Shown: piece after piece, positions 1 through 10,088 of the stretch | Position numbering within the stretch: position 1 is the first letter of the stretch | Layout of the letters: every line of letters begins with the position of its first letter | Source of the DNA: Burkholderiales bacterium | Lineage (GTDB): Bacteria; Pseudomonadota; Gammaproteobacteria; Burkholderiales; Ga0077523 | Assembly (NCBI GenBank): GCA_038324085.1 | Contig: JBBQHP010000001.1 | Location: forward strand, 68,381 to 132,380 | Direction: 5' to 3' | DNA: 64,000 bases | The notes under the pieces: generated by a model | The model's database searches: none | What the model was told of the DNA's origin: nothing | What the model saw: the letters and a program-made list of their open reading frames with translations, nothing else | Translations under genes and position numbers: made by a program

Positions 1-197
1 GCCTGGCCGACTGGCCGCGCCCCGCCGGCACGATCACGCTGCTTGCCGGGCCCGAGGGCGGCCTCACGCGCGACGAAGCCGAACTCGCGTGGTCGCGCAG
101 CTTTCGCGGCGCTCGCCTGGGCCCGCGCGTCCTGCGCACGGAGACCGCCGCGCTCGCCGCCCTCGCCGCGATCCAGACACTGTGGGGAGATTTTTGA
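1..197 (+). CDS. rsmE: 16S rRNA (uracil1498-N3)-methyltransferase RsmE, C-terminal fragment (5' end outside window)
   Basis: Frame 3 reads LADWPRPAGTITLLAGPEGGLTRDEAELAWSRSFRGARLGPRVLRTETAALAALAAIQTLWGDF, then TGA at 195-197. The GPEGG and LRTETA motifs are typical of the RsmE C-terminus. It is absent from the ORF track because there is no start codon in the window. Confidence 0.55.
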   Translation, partial: LADWPRPAGTITLLAGPEGGLTRDEAELAWSRSFRGARLGPRVLRTETAALAALAAIQTLWGDF

Positions 198-272
198 GCC
201 CTCGCTCCGTATACTCCCGCGCACACCGCCGCAGCTTCAGTCGCCGGGGTTTGTCCACGTAGAAAGGCCTTC

Positions 273-1040
273 ATGCAGATCGAGAACAGCACCTTCATCG
301 TCACCGGCGGCAGCTCGGGCCTCGGCCAGGCCACGGTCGAGCTGATCGTTGCCGCGGGCGGCAACGCCGTGATCGCGGACGTCAACAAGACCGCGGGGGA
401 GGCGCTTGCTGCAACCCTCGGCGCGCGCACGCGCTTCGTCGAATGCGACGTGACCTCCGAAGAACACGCGAAACGCACGATCGCCGCCGCGCGCACAGCG
501 TTCGGCGGCTTGCAGGGCCTCGTCAACTGCGCGGGCGTCGGCATCCCCGCCAAGGTACTCGGCAAGGACGGGCCGCATCCGCTCGACCGCTTCACGAAAA
601 TCATCGGCATCAATCTGATCGGCACCTTCAACATGATTCGGCTCGCGGCCGAGGCCATGTCCGCCGGCACGCCCAACGCAGCCGGCGAGCGCGGCGTCAT
701 CGTCAATACCGCCTCGGTTGCGGCCTATGACGGACAGATCGGCCAACCCGCATACGCCGCATCCAAGGCCGGAGTGGTCGGCATGACGCTGCCCATCGCA
801 CGCGAACTCGCGCGTTTCGGCATCCGCGTCTGCACCATCGCGCCGGGGCTGTTCGAGACCCCGATGATGGCGGGTCTGCCGCCGGAGGCACAGGCCTCGC
901 TGGCGCAACAAGTCCCGTTTCCGTCGCGACTCGGGCGACCGTTCGAATTCGCGCAGTTGTTCCGCGCGATCGTGGAGAACGAGATGCTCAATGGCGAGAC
1001 CATCCGTCTCGACGGTGCCATCCGCATGGCACCGAAATAG
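273..1040 (+). CDS. Short-chain dehydrogenase/reductase, 3-hydroxyacyl-CoA dehydrogenase type-2-like
   Basis: 255 aa. Has the TGGSSGLG Rossmann motif (TGxxxGxG) and the YAASKAG catalytic YxxxK motif. Confidence 0.85.
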   Translation: MQIENSTFIVTGGSSGLGQATVELIVAAGGNAVIADVNKTAGEALAATLGARTRFVECDVTSEEHAKRTIAAARTAFGGLQGLVNCAGVGIPAKVLGKDGPHPLDRFTKIIGINLIGTFNMIRLAAEAMSAGTPNAAGERGVIVNTASVAAYDGQIGQPAYAASKAGVVGMTLPIARELARFGIRVCTIAPGLFETPMMAGLPPEAQASLAQQVPFPSRLGRPFEFAQLFRAIVENEMLNGETIRLDGAIRMAPK

Positions 1041-1078
1041 CTCGGTCCCGGCCGACGTCTCGAGGAGCGCCAGCGCTG

Positions 1079-2404
1079 ATGGACGAGCACGCGAATCAGC
1101 CGTTCGTGCCCTGGTTCCGGGCTGCGGCGCCCTATATCCACGCCTTCCGCGGCCGCACGTTCGTGGTCGGGTTCGGCGGCGAGGTCGTGGCCGACGGCAA
1201 GTTCGTGGCGCTCACGCACGACCTCAACCTGCTCGCGGCGCTCGGGGTCCGGCTGGTCCTCGTGCACGGTGCACGGCCGCAGATCGAGGAACGCCTGAAA
1301 CGTCGCAATGCCGGGATCCGCTACGTGCACGACATGCGCGTGACCGACGAAGCCGCCCTGGCCGACGTGAAGGAGGCGAGCGGTCGGCTGCACATGGAGA
1401 TCGAGGCACTGCTGTCGATGGGTCTGCCCGGATCGCCCATGGCGAATGCGACGATCCGCGTGAGCAGCGGCAACTTCGTTGTGGCACGCCCGGTCGGGGT
1501 GGTCGAAGGCGTGGACATGCAGTACACGGGCGAAGTGCGCAAGGTGCACGCCGAAGCGATCGAGCGCCGCCTCGCCGCGGGCGAAGTCGTGCTGCTCTCC
1601 TCGCTCGGCTACTCGCCCACGGGCGAGATCTTCAATCTGACCGTCGAGGACGTCGCCACGCAATCCGCAATCGCGCTCGGCGCCGACAAGCTCATCTTCC
1701 TCATGGACGAAGCGGGCGTGCCGTCGGGCAAGGGCGACCTGTTGCGCGAATTGACGGTGTCGGACGCCGATCGCCTGATGAAAGGCAAGCGCCGTCCGGG
1801 CGCGGACGCCGGACTGTATCTGCCGTTCGCCGCGCGTGCCTGCCGTGGCGGCGTCAAGCGGGCCCACCTGATCAGCCGCCACCACGACGGCGCGCTGCTG
1901 CTCGAGCTGTTCACGCACGGTGGCGTAGGCTCGATGGTGACGCAGGATCCGCTCGAGCAGGTGCGTCCCGCGGACATCGACGACGTCGGCGGCATCCTGC
2001 GCCTGATCGAGCCGCTCGAAGCCGAAGGCACGCTGGTCAAGCGCTCGCGCGAGCTGCTCGAGATCGAGATCGACCGCTTCATCGTCATCGAGCATGACGC
2101 ACTCATCGTCGGCTGCGCGGCGCTGTATCCGTTCAAGAGCGAGTCCGCAGCCGAGCTTGCGTGCCTGGCGGTGCACGCCGATTACCGGGGTAGCGGCGCG
2201 GGGGAACGCCTGCTCGAGGCAATCGAAGCGAAGGCGGCGAAAGCCCGCTTGAAACGATTGTTCGTCCTGACCACGCGTGCGTCCCACTGGTTCATCGAGC
2301 AGGGGTTCGCGGAAGCGCCCGTGGAGCTGCTTCCGCGCGCGCGCCAGGAGCTCTACAACTTTCAGCGCCGCTCGAAGGTGCTGGTGAAGAACCTGCAAAG
2401 GTGA
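1079..2404 (+). CDS. argA: Amino-acid N-acetyltransferase (N-acetylglutamate synthase)
   Basis: 441 aa. N-terminal amino-acid kinase fold (FVVGFGGEVV...LVLVHGARPQI) plus a C-terminal GNAT domain (LAVHADYRGSGAGERLL). Confidence 0.9.
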   Translation: MDEHANQPFVPWFRAAAPYIHAFRGRTFVVGFGGEVVADGKFVALTHDLNLLAALGVRLVLVHGARPQIEERLKRRNAGIRYVHDMRVTDEAALADVKEASGRLHMEIEALLSMGLPGSPMANATIRVSSGNFVVARPVGVVEGVDMQYTGEVRKVHAEAIERRLAAGEVVLLSSLGYSPTGEIFNLTVEDVATQSAIALGADKLIFLMDEAGVPSGKGDLLRELTVSDADRLMKGKRRPGADAGLYLPFAARACRGGVKRAHLISRHHDGALLLELFTHGGVGSMVTQDPLEQVRPADIDDVGGILRLIEPLEAEGTLVKRSRELLEIEIDRFIVIEHDALIVGCAALYPFKSESAAELACLAVHADYRGSGAGERLLEAIEAKAAKARLKRLFVLTTRASHWFIEQGFAEAPVELLPRARQELYNFQRRSKVLVKNLQR

Positions 2405-3276
2405 GGCTGGCGCGCCGATCGGTTGGCGCGGCACTCACCATCCTGGTTGGCGCGATGCCCACAGGAATGCCGCGGGCCGACCCGGACCCCGGCGCCTCGA
2501 AGCCGCTCGAATTCGCGCTGGCACCGTACATCTGCACGCGACCCTTGCTCGCCATGTTCCAGCCGCTCGCAGACTACCTCGAGCCGCGCATCGGCCGCGA
2601 AGTACTGTTGGTGACGGCCCCGTCGCTGCGCGAGTTCGATCGGCGCGCGCGCAACGGCGAATACGAGATCGCGATGATGTCGCCGCAAGTTGCCCGGTCT
2701 GCGCAGATGGCAGCGGGATACGTGCCCCTGTTGCGCGTCACGAACGACCTCTGCGGCGTTCTGGTCGTACCGGAAGCGAGCAACGTGCGCAGCGTGCGCG
2801 ACCTCGCGCAGCGTCGGATCGCGCTGCCCGATCGGCTCACGGTCACGGCCCGGTTGCGCAGGGAGCTGCTGAACGCCGCGGGGGTGGACGAGCGGAGTAT
2901 CGTCTACCCGCGCACGTTCCAGGACTCGATCCTGCTCTCCATGTTGCGCGGGGAAGTCGATGCCATGGTGATGAACAGCGCCGTGCTGTGCCAGATCCCG
3001 CCGGAGACGAGGAACATGATCCGCATCCTGGGGCAGACCCGGCACGTTGCCCACGTCGTCTTCCTCGCGCGCAGTACCATGACAACCGAGATGCGGCGCG
3101 CAATCCGCCGTGGCATCACCGAGTTCTTCGAATCCACACCGGAAGGGGAGCGGTTTTCGCGCCAGACCGGACTGCTCGGCGTGCGACCCGTCACGGAGGC
3201 GGAACTGAAAGCCCTCGACCACTACGCACCGGACCACCGTCGCCTGCTCGAGGGCGGCGCGTCATCGCGACCGTAG
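2401..3276 (+). CDS. PhnD-family (phosphate/phosphonate ABC-type) periplasmic substrate-binding protein
   Basis: 291 aa with an N-terminal signal-like segment. The GTG start overlaps the argA stop (GTGA). Overall resemblance to PhnD-like binding proteins. No cognate permease or ATPase is nearby. Confidence 0.6.
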   Translation: MRLARRSVGAALTILVGAMPTGMPRADPDPGASKPLEFALAPYICTRPLLAMFQPLADYLEPRIGREVLLVTAPSLREFDRRARNGEYEIAMMSPQVARSAQMAAGYVPLLRVTNDLCGVLVVPEASNVRSVRDLAQRRIALPDRLTVTARLRRELLNAAGVDERSIVYPRTFQDSILLSMLRGEVDAMVMNSAVLCQIPPETRNMIRILGQTRHVAHVVFLARSTMTTEMRRAIRRGITEFFESTPEGERFSRQTGLLGVRPVTEAELKALDHYAPDHRRLLEGGASSRP

Positions 3277-3281
3277 CGGCG

Positions 3282-6101
3282 ATGGCCCGGTCGCTGCGCT
3301 TCCGCTTCGTAGTGGCCAGCATCGCGGTCGAGCTCGTGATGCTGGCACTGCTCGTGGGCAACACGATGCGCATCAACCGGATGGCGCTGCTCGATCAGGC
3401 CGAGACATGGGTGAGCAATACCGGCCCGCTCCTCAATGCCGCCCTGGCGGCACCGCTCGCGCAGCGGGACTACGCGACGATCCGGCAGGTGCTCGCGGAG
3501 ATCCGGTCGGACCAGTCGCTGTCCTATCTGGTGCTCGCGGATCGCACCGGATCGGTGGTGGCAGCAGCAGGTTGGCCAGCCGCCATCGCGTTGCCGTCCG
3601 CGGATCCCGTCATCGACCTCGCCGATCACGACGCCCGCTTCGACACCCGCTTCCCCATCGTGCTGGCGGGCCAGACCTACGGCACGCTGCAGGTGGGACT
3701 CGATACCCGATCCATGACGAACGCCCGCCGCAAGCTGCTGGTGGAGAGCATCGTGATCGGCGCCGCCGAAGTGGCCCTGTCGGTGCTGTTGCTGTGGGGC
3801 ATCGGTTACTTCCTGACCCGCCACCTGAAGCGGCTGACCCAGGCCGGGGAAGCCATGGCGCGAGGCGATCTGGGCGTGCGTGTGGAAGTCCGCACCCGCG
3901 ACGAAGTCGGCCAACTCGCCAGCGTGTTCAACACGATGGCGCGCGCAGTGGAGGATCGCGTCGCGGAGATTCAGTTGAACGAGGCCAAGTTCCACGCGAT
4001 CGCCGACTACAGCACCGACTGCGAACTCTGGCTCTCGCCCGCCGGCCGACTGCTCTGGGTCAACCCCCGGGTGCTGAGCCTCACCGGGTACACCCCGGAG
4101 GAATGTCTCGACATGGCCCAGAATTTCCCGATTGCCATCGTCCTGTCGCAGGACGAGGCCGCGCTGAGGGTCCAGCTCGACCGCGCCTTCTCCGGCGCCT
4201 CGGCCGCAGACGTCACCTTCCGCATTCGCCGCAAGGACGACACGGCGTTCTGCGCCTCGGCCGACTGGCGCCCCATCTACGACGCAGCCGGCACCTACAT
4301 CGGCGTGCGCCTGTCGATCCACGACATCTCGGCGCGGAAGGAGGCCGAGGACAAGCTTTCGGACACGCTGCAGGAGCTGGAGAAGGCCTACGCGATCCAG
4401 CGCGAATACCTGAGCCTCGCCTCGGAGGAACGCGCCCGGTTGAACGCGCTGCTGGCGGCGATGCACATCGGGATCCTGTTCGTCGATCGCAACAGCAAGG
4501 TGATCTATTCCAACCCCGCCTTCGAGCAGATCTGGCTCGTCGCGGACAGCCGGACGCGTTTCGTCGGCATGGACGCCAATGCCTTCGTGAGCAGGGTCGG
4601 CGACCAGCTTGCACGCCCTGACCGCCTCGGCCGCGCGCTCATGCGCGCGCCGGAAGGGGACACCGGCTCCGGCAGCACCGAGATCGAGATGGCGGACGGC
4701 CGCCTGATCACCCAGATCTGCCATCCGGTCCGCGATGGCTCGGGGCAGCTGGCGGGCCACCTCTGGCTGTACGAGGACGTCACCCGCGAACGCCAGACCG
4801 CCGCGCAGTTGCTCTACCTCGCGGAGCGCGATGCCCTGACCGGACTCTACAACCGCCATCGGTTCCAGGACGAATTGACGCGCATGCTCTCGGACGGCGA
4901 CCGTCACAAGTTCGGCGTCGCGCTGCTGTTCTTCGACATCGACGAGTTCAAGCACATCAACGATACCTTCGGCCATCGCGCCGGTGACGCGTTGCTGGTG
5001 CGCGCCGCCGGCGAGGTGTCGGCCCAGGTACGACGCAACGAGATCTTCGCGCGCCTGGGTGGCGACGAGTTCGCGATCCTGGCCCCGGAGACGACCGAGC
5101 AGGAATCGACCATCTTCGCCGAGCGCATCGTGCGCACCCTGTCCGCCATCCCTTTCACATACGAAGGCCACAACCTGCGTCTCACATGCAGCCTCGGCGT
5201 CGCCCTTTATCCGACGCACGCCAACAACAGCGAGGACCTCGTCGCCTTCGCCGACCTCGCGATGTACCAGGCCAAGGAAGCCGGCAAGAACACCTGGCGC
5301 ATGTATCGCAAGGACCAGGGCGCCTCGAACGCGGTAATCACGCGGCTCAACTGGAACGACCGCATCCAGCACGCCCTCGAACACGACCTCTTCACGTTGC
5401 ATTTCCAGGGCGTGTTCGACTGCTCCGACGGTACGCTGCGACACCTGGAAGCGCTGGTGCGCATGCGCGACGCCACCGAGACCGGGCACCTCATCATGCC
5501 CGGCAACTTCATTCCCGTCGCCGAGAAGACCGGCAAGATTCTCGACATCGACCGCTGGGTGATCGCCGAGGTCGTGCGCACGCTGGGAACGAGCGCTGAC
5601 ATCCCTGCGATCGCGGTCAACATCTCGGGTCGAAGTTTCAACGAACCCCAGATGTCCCGCTTCATCGCGGATGAATTGAAACGCGCCGGGGTGCGACCGG
5701 AGCGCCTCATGGTTGAACTCACGGAGACCTCCGCGGTGGCAGATCTGCACGACGCGCAGCGTTTCATCGAGGCCTTGCGCGAGACCGGATGCCGCATCTG
5801 CCTCGACGATTTCGGTGCCGGCTTCTCGTCCTTTGCCTACCTCAAGCATATTGAGGCCGACATCCTAAAGATCGACGGCCAGTTCATCCGCGATCTCCCG
5901 AGCGATCACTCCAACCAGGTGTTCGTCAAGGCAATCGTCGATGTCGCGCGCGGACTGCGCAAGATCTCGATTGCGGAATGCGTCGAGGACCAGGCCACGC
6001 TCGACATGCTGAAGGCACTCGGCGTCGACTACGCGCAGGGCTACCATCTCGAGCGCCCCCTGGAATTCCATCCGGCACTGCAGACTGCGATCGCTCGGTG
6101 A
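3282..6101 (+). CDS. Membrane sensor diguanylate cyclase/phosphodiesterase (2TM sensor-HAMP-PAS-PAS-GGDEF-EAL)
   Basis: The ORF track starts at 2988, but MARSLRFRFVVASIAVELVMLALLV at 3282 follows the binding-protein stop by 5 nt. Has two hydrophobic segments, HAMP (RDEVGQLASVFNTM), PAS, RLGGDEFAIL and EAL (LEALVRM). Confidence 0.85.
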   Translation: MARSLRFRFVVASIAVELVMLALLVGNTMRINRMALLDQAETWVSNTGPLLNAALAAPLAQRDYATIRQVLAEIRSDQSLSYLVLADRTGSVVAAAGWPAAIALPSADPVIDLADHDARFDTRFPIVLAGQTYGTLQVGLDTRSMTNARRKLLVESIVIGAAEVALSVLLLWGIGYFLTRHLKRLTQAGEAMARGDLGVRVEVRTRDEVGQLASVFNTMARAVEDRVAEIQLNEAKFHAIADYSTDCELWLSPAGRLLWVNPRVLSLTGYTPEECLDMAQNFPIAIVLSQDEAALRVQLDRAFSGASAADVTFRIRRKDDTAFCASADWRPIYDAAGTYIGVRLSIHDISARKEAEDKLSDTLQELEKAYAIQREYLSLASEERARLNALLAAMHIGILFVDRNSKVIYSNPAFEQIWLVADSRTRFVGMDANAFVSRVGDQLARPDRLGRALMRAPEGDTGSGSTEIEMADGRLITQICHPVRDGSGQLAGHLWLYEDVTRERQTAAQLLYLAERDALTGLYNRHRFQDELTRMLSDGDRHKFGVALLFFDIDEFKHINDTFGHRAGDALLVRAAGEVSAQVRRNEIFARLGGDEFAILAPETTEQESTIFAERIVRTLSAIPFTYEGHNLRLTCSLGVALYPTHANNSEDLVAFADLAMYQAKEAGKNTWRMYRKDQGASNAVITRLNWNDRIQHALEHDLFTLHFQGVFDCSDGTLRHLEALVRMRDATETGHLIMPGNFIPVAEKTGKILDIDRWVIAEVVRTLGTSADIPAIAVNISGRSFNEPQMSRFIADELKRAGVRPERLMVELTETSAVADLHDAQRFIEALRETGCRICLDDFGAGFSSFAYLKHIEADILKIDGQFIRDLPSDHSNQVFVKAIVDVARGLRKISIAECVEDQATLDMLKALGVDYAQGYHLERPLEFHPALQTAIAR

Positions 6102-6223
6102 TCGTCGCCGCGCAGCGCCCGCGCCGCGAACGGGCAAACGCGTGAGCTGCGGGATAGACCGCCTCGCGGCGATTCGATCATAATCAACAGTCCTTGAAGC
6201 GCCCCACGGCGCCGGAGACCACG

Positions 6224-6496
6224 ATGGCCAGGATGATCCACTGCATCAAGTTGGGCCGCGAGGCGGAAGGGCTCGATTTTCCACCCTACCCGGGCCCGCT
6301 CGGGCAACGGCTGTACGAGTCGGTTTCGAAGGAAGCGTGGAAGGGCTGGCTCGAACACCAGAAGATGCTGGTGAACGAGAATCGCCTGAACCTGTCGGAC
6401 ATCAAGGCACGCAAGTACCTCGAGCAGCAGATGGAGAATCATTTCTTCGGCAGCGGCGCGGAAAGCGCTTCCGGCTACACGCCGACCGAGCGCTGA
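6224..6496 (+). CDS. yggX: Fe(2+)-trafficking protein YggX
   Basis: [57 protein letters not shown] aligns along its length with E. coli YggX. The start is chosen at 6224 rather than the ORF start 6194. Confidence 0.85.
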   Translation: MARMIHCIKLGREAEGLDFPPYPGPLGQRLYESVSKEAWKGWLEHQKMLVNENRLNLSDIKARKYLEQQMENHFFGSGAESASGYTPTER

Positions 6497-6500
6497 CGCG

Positions 6501-8738
6501 ATGAACAAGCCGAAGGGCGCGCCGCCGCGCGCGGTGGCGACCTCCGGCGCAGCCTCGACGACGAAGGGTGCGAAACCCGCGGCAACGTCGAAGAAGGCGG
6601 CACCCAAGAAGCTCCTCGGGAAGAAAGCCGCCCCCAAGAAGGCCGCCGAGGCGAAGGCCGGGAAACACGAAGTACTCGCGCAGCATTTCCTCAATCGCGA
6701 ACTCGGTCAGCTGGAGTTCAACCGCCGCGTGCTCGCCCAGTCCGAGGACACCGCGATGCCGCTGCTCGAGCGCCTGCGCTTCCTGTGCATCGTGAGCAGC
6801 AATCTCGACGAATTCTTCGAGATCCGGGTGGCCGGTCTCAAAGCGCAGATGCAGCTCGGTTCCGATGTCGCGGGTCCCGACGGGCTGTCGCCGTCCGAGG
6901 CCTTCGCGGAGATCTCGAAGCAGGCAAACGAGCTGGTGACCCGGCAGTACGCCACGTTGAACGACGACATCCTGCCCGCGCTCGCGCAGGAAGGCGTCCG
7001 ATTTCTGCGCCGACACGACTGGTCCGAGACGCAACGCGCCTGGATCCGCACGCACTTCATGAAGGAAGTGATGCCGGTGCTCACGCCCATCGGACTCGAT
7101 CCGGTTCACCCCTTTCCTCGCCTGCTCAACAAGAGCCTGAATTTCGCGGTGGAGCTCTCGGGCAAGGACGCGTTCGGCCGCAATTCGGGCATCGCCATCG
7201 TGCAGGCGCCGCGAGCGCTGCCGCGCTTCATCGCGCTGCCGTCCGAAGTCGCCGGCTGCGCATACGGTTTCGTGTTCCTGTCCTCGATCATGCACGCCTA
7301 CGTGAGCGAGCTGTTCGCGGGGATGGAGATCAAGGGCTGCTACCAGTTCCGCGTCACCCGCAACAGCGATCTGTTCGTGGACGAAGAGGAAGTGAAGAAC
7401 CTGCGCACCGCATTGCAGGGGGAACTGCCGCAGCGCCAGTTCGGTGACGCGGTTCGCCTCGAGGTGGCGGACCTGTGCCCGCCTCACATGTACGATTTCC
7501 TGCTGCAGCAGTTCGAGCTCACGCAGCAGGATCTCTATCAGGTCAACGGTCCGGTGAACCTCGTGCGCCTGATGCAGGTGCCCGACCATGTCCATCGGCC
7601 GGATCTCAAGTTCAAGCCGTTCACCCCCGGGACGCCGACCCAGATCACGAAACGCCAGGACATCTTCGCGGCCATCCGCAAGAGCGACATTCTGCTGCAT
7701 CACCCGTTTCAGTCGTTCCGTCCGGTCGTCAGCTTCATCGAGCAGGCCGCATCGGATCAGCGGGTGGTCGCGATCAAGCAGACCGTCTACCGGACCGGGA
7801 CGGATTCGGAATTGATGAAGCATCTCATCACCGCGGCCCGCAACGGCAAAGCCGTGACCGTGGTGGTGGAGCTGATGGCGCGCTTCGACGAAGAGGCCAA
7901 CATCAACTGGGCGTCCCGGCTCGAGGAGGTCGGCGCGCACGTCATCTACGGCGTCGTCGGCCACAAGACCCACGCGAAGATGTCCATGGTCGTTCGCCGG
8001 GAGGACAGCGGCCTGGTGCGCTATGTCCACCTGGGCACGGGCAACTACCATTCGCGCACGGCGACCCTCTACACCGATTTCGGCCTCTTCACCTGCGACG
8101 AAGACATGAGCGCGGACGTCAACGACGTCTTTCTCCAACTGACCGGCATGGGTCGGGCCGGCAAGCACAAGTACGTGTGGCAGTCGCCTTTCACCCTGCA
8201 CGCGAAGCTGACCGAAGCCATCGCGCGCGAAGCCGAGCACGCGCGCGCGGGCAAGCCCGCGGCCATCACGGCCAAGATGAACGCGCTGCTCGAACCGGAC
8301 ATCATCTACGCGCTCTACGAAGCGTCCCGGGCCGGGGTCAGGATCAACCTGATCGTGCGCGGCGTGTGCGCCCTGCGACCGGGCATCGCGGGCCTGTCGG
8401 AGAACATCCGCGTGCGCTCCGTCATCGGCCGCTTCCTCGAGCACAACCGGATCTTCCATTTCCGCGCGGGCGACCAAGTCTTCCTGTCCAGCGCGGACTG
8501 GATGGACCGCAACTTCTTCCGTCGCATCGAGCTGTGCTTTCCGGTTCTCGACCCGAAGCTGAAACGCCGCGTGATCACCGAAGGCTTGAAGCGTTACCTC
8601 GACGACAACATGCAGGCCTGGGAGATGGACGCCGACGGACGTTATCGACGCCTCAAGGCCGGCTCCGCCCACAAGACCCGCAGTGCCCAGCGCGAGCTGC
8701 TCGCCGAACTGGCGGCGATACCGGTACAACCGCTCTAG
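6501..8738 (+). CDS. ppk: Polyphosphate kinase 1 with a Lys/Ala/Pro-rich N-terminal extension
   Basis: 745 aa. The PPK1 core begins around FLNRELGQLEFNRRVL and extends to the PLD-like C-terminal domains. It is preceded by about 55 aa rich in K/A/P (KKAAPKK repeats). Confidence 0.9.
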   Translation: MNKPKGAPPRAVATSGAASTTKGAKPAATSKKAAPKKLLGKKAAPKKAAEAKAGKHEVLAQHFLNRELGQLEFNRRVLAQSEDTAMPLLERLRFLCIVSSNLDEFFEIRVAGLKAQMQLGSDVAGPDGLSPSEAFAEISKQANELVTRQYATLNDDILPALAQEGVRFLRRHDWSETQRAWIRTHFMKEVMPVLTPIGLDPVHPFPRLLNKSLNFAVELSGKDAFGRNSGIAIVQAPRALPRFIALPSEVAGCAYGFVFLSSIMHAYVSELFAGMEIKGCYQFRVTRNSDLFVDEEEVKNLRTALQGELPQRQFGDAVRLEVADLCPPHMYDFLLQQFELTQQDLYQVNGPVNLVRLMQVPDHVHRPDLKFKPFTPGTPTQITKRQDIFAAIRKSDILLHHPFQSFRPVVSFIEQAASDQRVVAIKQTVYRTGTDSELMKHLITAARNGKAVTVVVELMARFDEEANINWASRLEEVGAHVIYGVVGHKTHAKMSMVVRREDSGLVRYVHLGTGNYHSRTATLYTDFGLFTCDEDMSADVNDVFLQLTGMGRAGKHKYVWQSPFTLHAKLTEAIAREAEHARAGKPAAITAKMNALLEPDIIYALYEASRAGVRINLIVRGVCALRPGIAGLSENIRVRSVIGRFLEHNRIFHFRAGDQVFLSSADWMDRNFFRRIELCFPVLDPKLKRRVITEGLKRYLDDNMQAWEMDADGRYRRLKAGSAHKTRSAQRELLAELAAIPVQPL

Positions 8739-8774
8739 CGCCCGCGCTCCACGGTCCCCGCTTTCCGTGTCCTG

Positions 8775-9965
8775 TCAGTCGCCCACGGCTTCGAGCACCT
8801 GCCATTTGCCCCCCACGACCTGGTAGACGGTGATCGTGCCTTCGCGCAGATCGCCTTTGTCGTCGTAGGCGATATGGGCTGAAGTCACACCACTGCGCTC
8901 GGTTCTGGCGAGCTCTGGCAGATACTTCGACGGTTCCGCCGAATCCGCGCGCCTGATCGCATCGATCAAGGTCATGGCGCCGTCGTACGCATACGGCGAA
9001 TAGACCTCGACCTCGCTGCCGAATTTCGCCTTGTACCTGTCGGCATAGGCCTTGCCGCCCGGCATCCGCTCCAGCGGCAGCCCCGCGAGGGACGCGACGG
9101 TACCTTCGGCGGCACCGCCCGCGAGCTTGAGGAAATTCGGTGACTTGACCATCTCGCCGCCCAGCAGACGTGCCTTCAGGCCGAGCCGCTGCATCTGCTT
9201 CGACATCGGCGCGGCCTGCGCATCCGCGCCACCGAAGAAGATGGCGTCGGCGCGAACCTTCTTGATGTTGGTGAGAATGGCGGCGAAATCGGTGGCCTTG
9301 TCGTTGGTGAACTCGCGCCGCACGATCTGCGCGCCCGCGGCCTTGGCGGCGGCCTCGAACTCGTCGGCCAGCCCTTGGCCGTACGCGGTGCGGTCGTCGA
9401 CGACCGCGATCCGTTTCGCACCGAGCTTGTCGACCGCGAAGCGCCCGAGCACGCTGCCTTGCTGCACGTCGTTGGTCATCATCCGGAACGTCGTGCTGAA
9501 GCCGCTCGCGGTGTACGCGGGTGCCGTCGCCATCGCGATCTGCGGAATGCCCGCGTCCGCATAGATCTTCGATGCGGGAATGCTCGTGCCCGAATTGAAG
9601 TGGCCGAGCATGCCGCGAATGCCCGCATCGACCAGCTTCTGCGCCACGACGCTGCCGGTCGCGGGATCCGCCTGATCGTCCTCTGCCAGCAGTTCGAATC
9701 GTACCGGCCTGCCGCCGATCGTGGGTCGCGCCGCGTTCGCCTCCTCGATCGCCAGGACCAGGCCGTTCTTCATCTCGGCGCCGTAGTGGGATTGCGGCCC
9801 GGACAGCGGCGCGGCGAAGCCGAGCTTCACCACCTCTTCGTTGGCGGCCGCAGGCGCTGGAGCCACGGCAGGCGGCGCTTCTTCCTTGTTGCCGCATCCG
9901 CCCACGACCAGGGTCGCGCAGAACAGAGCCAGTGGCCAGCGTGCGATCGTCATCTCGAGCCTCAT
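8775..9965 (-). CDS. Branched-chain amino acid ABC-type substrate-binding lipoprotein (LivK/LivJ family)
   Basis: C-terminal 396 aa of the 848-aa ORF. Starts MRLEMTIARWPLALFCATLVVGGCGN (lipobox), followed by a type I periplasmic binding fold (KLGFAAPLSGPQSHYG). Confidence 0.8.
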   Translation of the reverse strand: MRLEMTIARWPLALFCATLVVGGCGNKEEAPPAVAPAPAAANEEVVKLGFAAPLSGPQSHYGAEMKNGLVLAIEEANAARPTIGGRPVRFELLAEDDQADPATGSVVAQKLVDAGIRGMLGHFNSGTSIPASKIYADAGIPQIAMATAPAYTASGFSTTFRMMTNDVQQGSVLGRFAVDKLGAKRIAVVDDRTAYGQGLADEFEAAAKAAGAQIVRREFTNDKATDFAAILTNIKKVRADAIFFGGADAQAAPMSKQMQRLGLKARLLGGEMVKSPNFLKLAGGAAEGTVASLAGLPLERMPGGKAYADRYKAKFGSEVEVYSPYAYDGAMTLIDAIRRADSAEPSKYLPELARTERSGVTSAHIAYDDKGDLREGTITVYQVVGGKWQVLEAVGD

Positions 9966-10088
9966 CAGGGGAAGGATTCGGGGCGATTGTAGTGCGGTAG
10001 TGCGCGCACCGGGTTTGCCGGTAACGTCCGCCGTGGTGCCCTCCGGTACACTCGACAACCGATCCATGAGCCACCGCGCCTGCGCCCC

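Noticed and set aside
725-2434. 569-aa minus-strand ORF covering the SDR 3' end and all of argA
   Set aside because: It is antisense to two genes with clear family motifs. Its product is Arg/Ala/Gly/His-rich with no recognisable domain, which is the typical shadow ORF of GC-rich DNA.
3222-5849. 875-aa minus-strand ORF opposite the GGDEF-EAL sensor
   Set aside because: It is antisense to a well-supported multi-domain gene, with low-complexity composition and no motifs.
6402-8729. 775-aa minus-strand ORF opposite ppk, plus several 100-450 aa out-of-frame ORFs in the same interval
   Set aside because: They are antisense or alternative-frame shadows of PPK1, which is recognisable along its full length.
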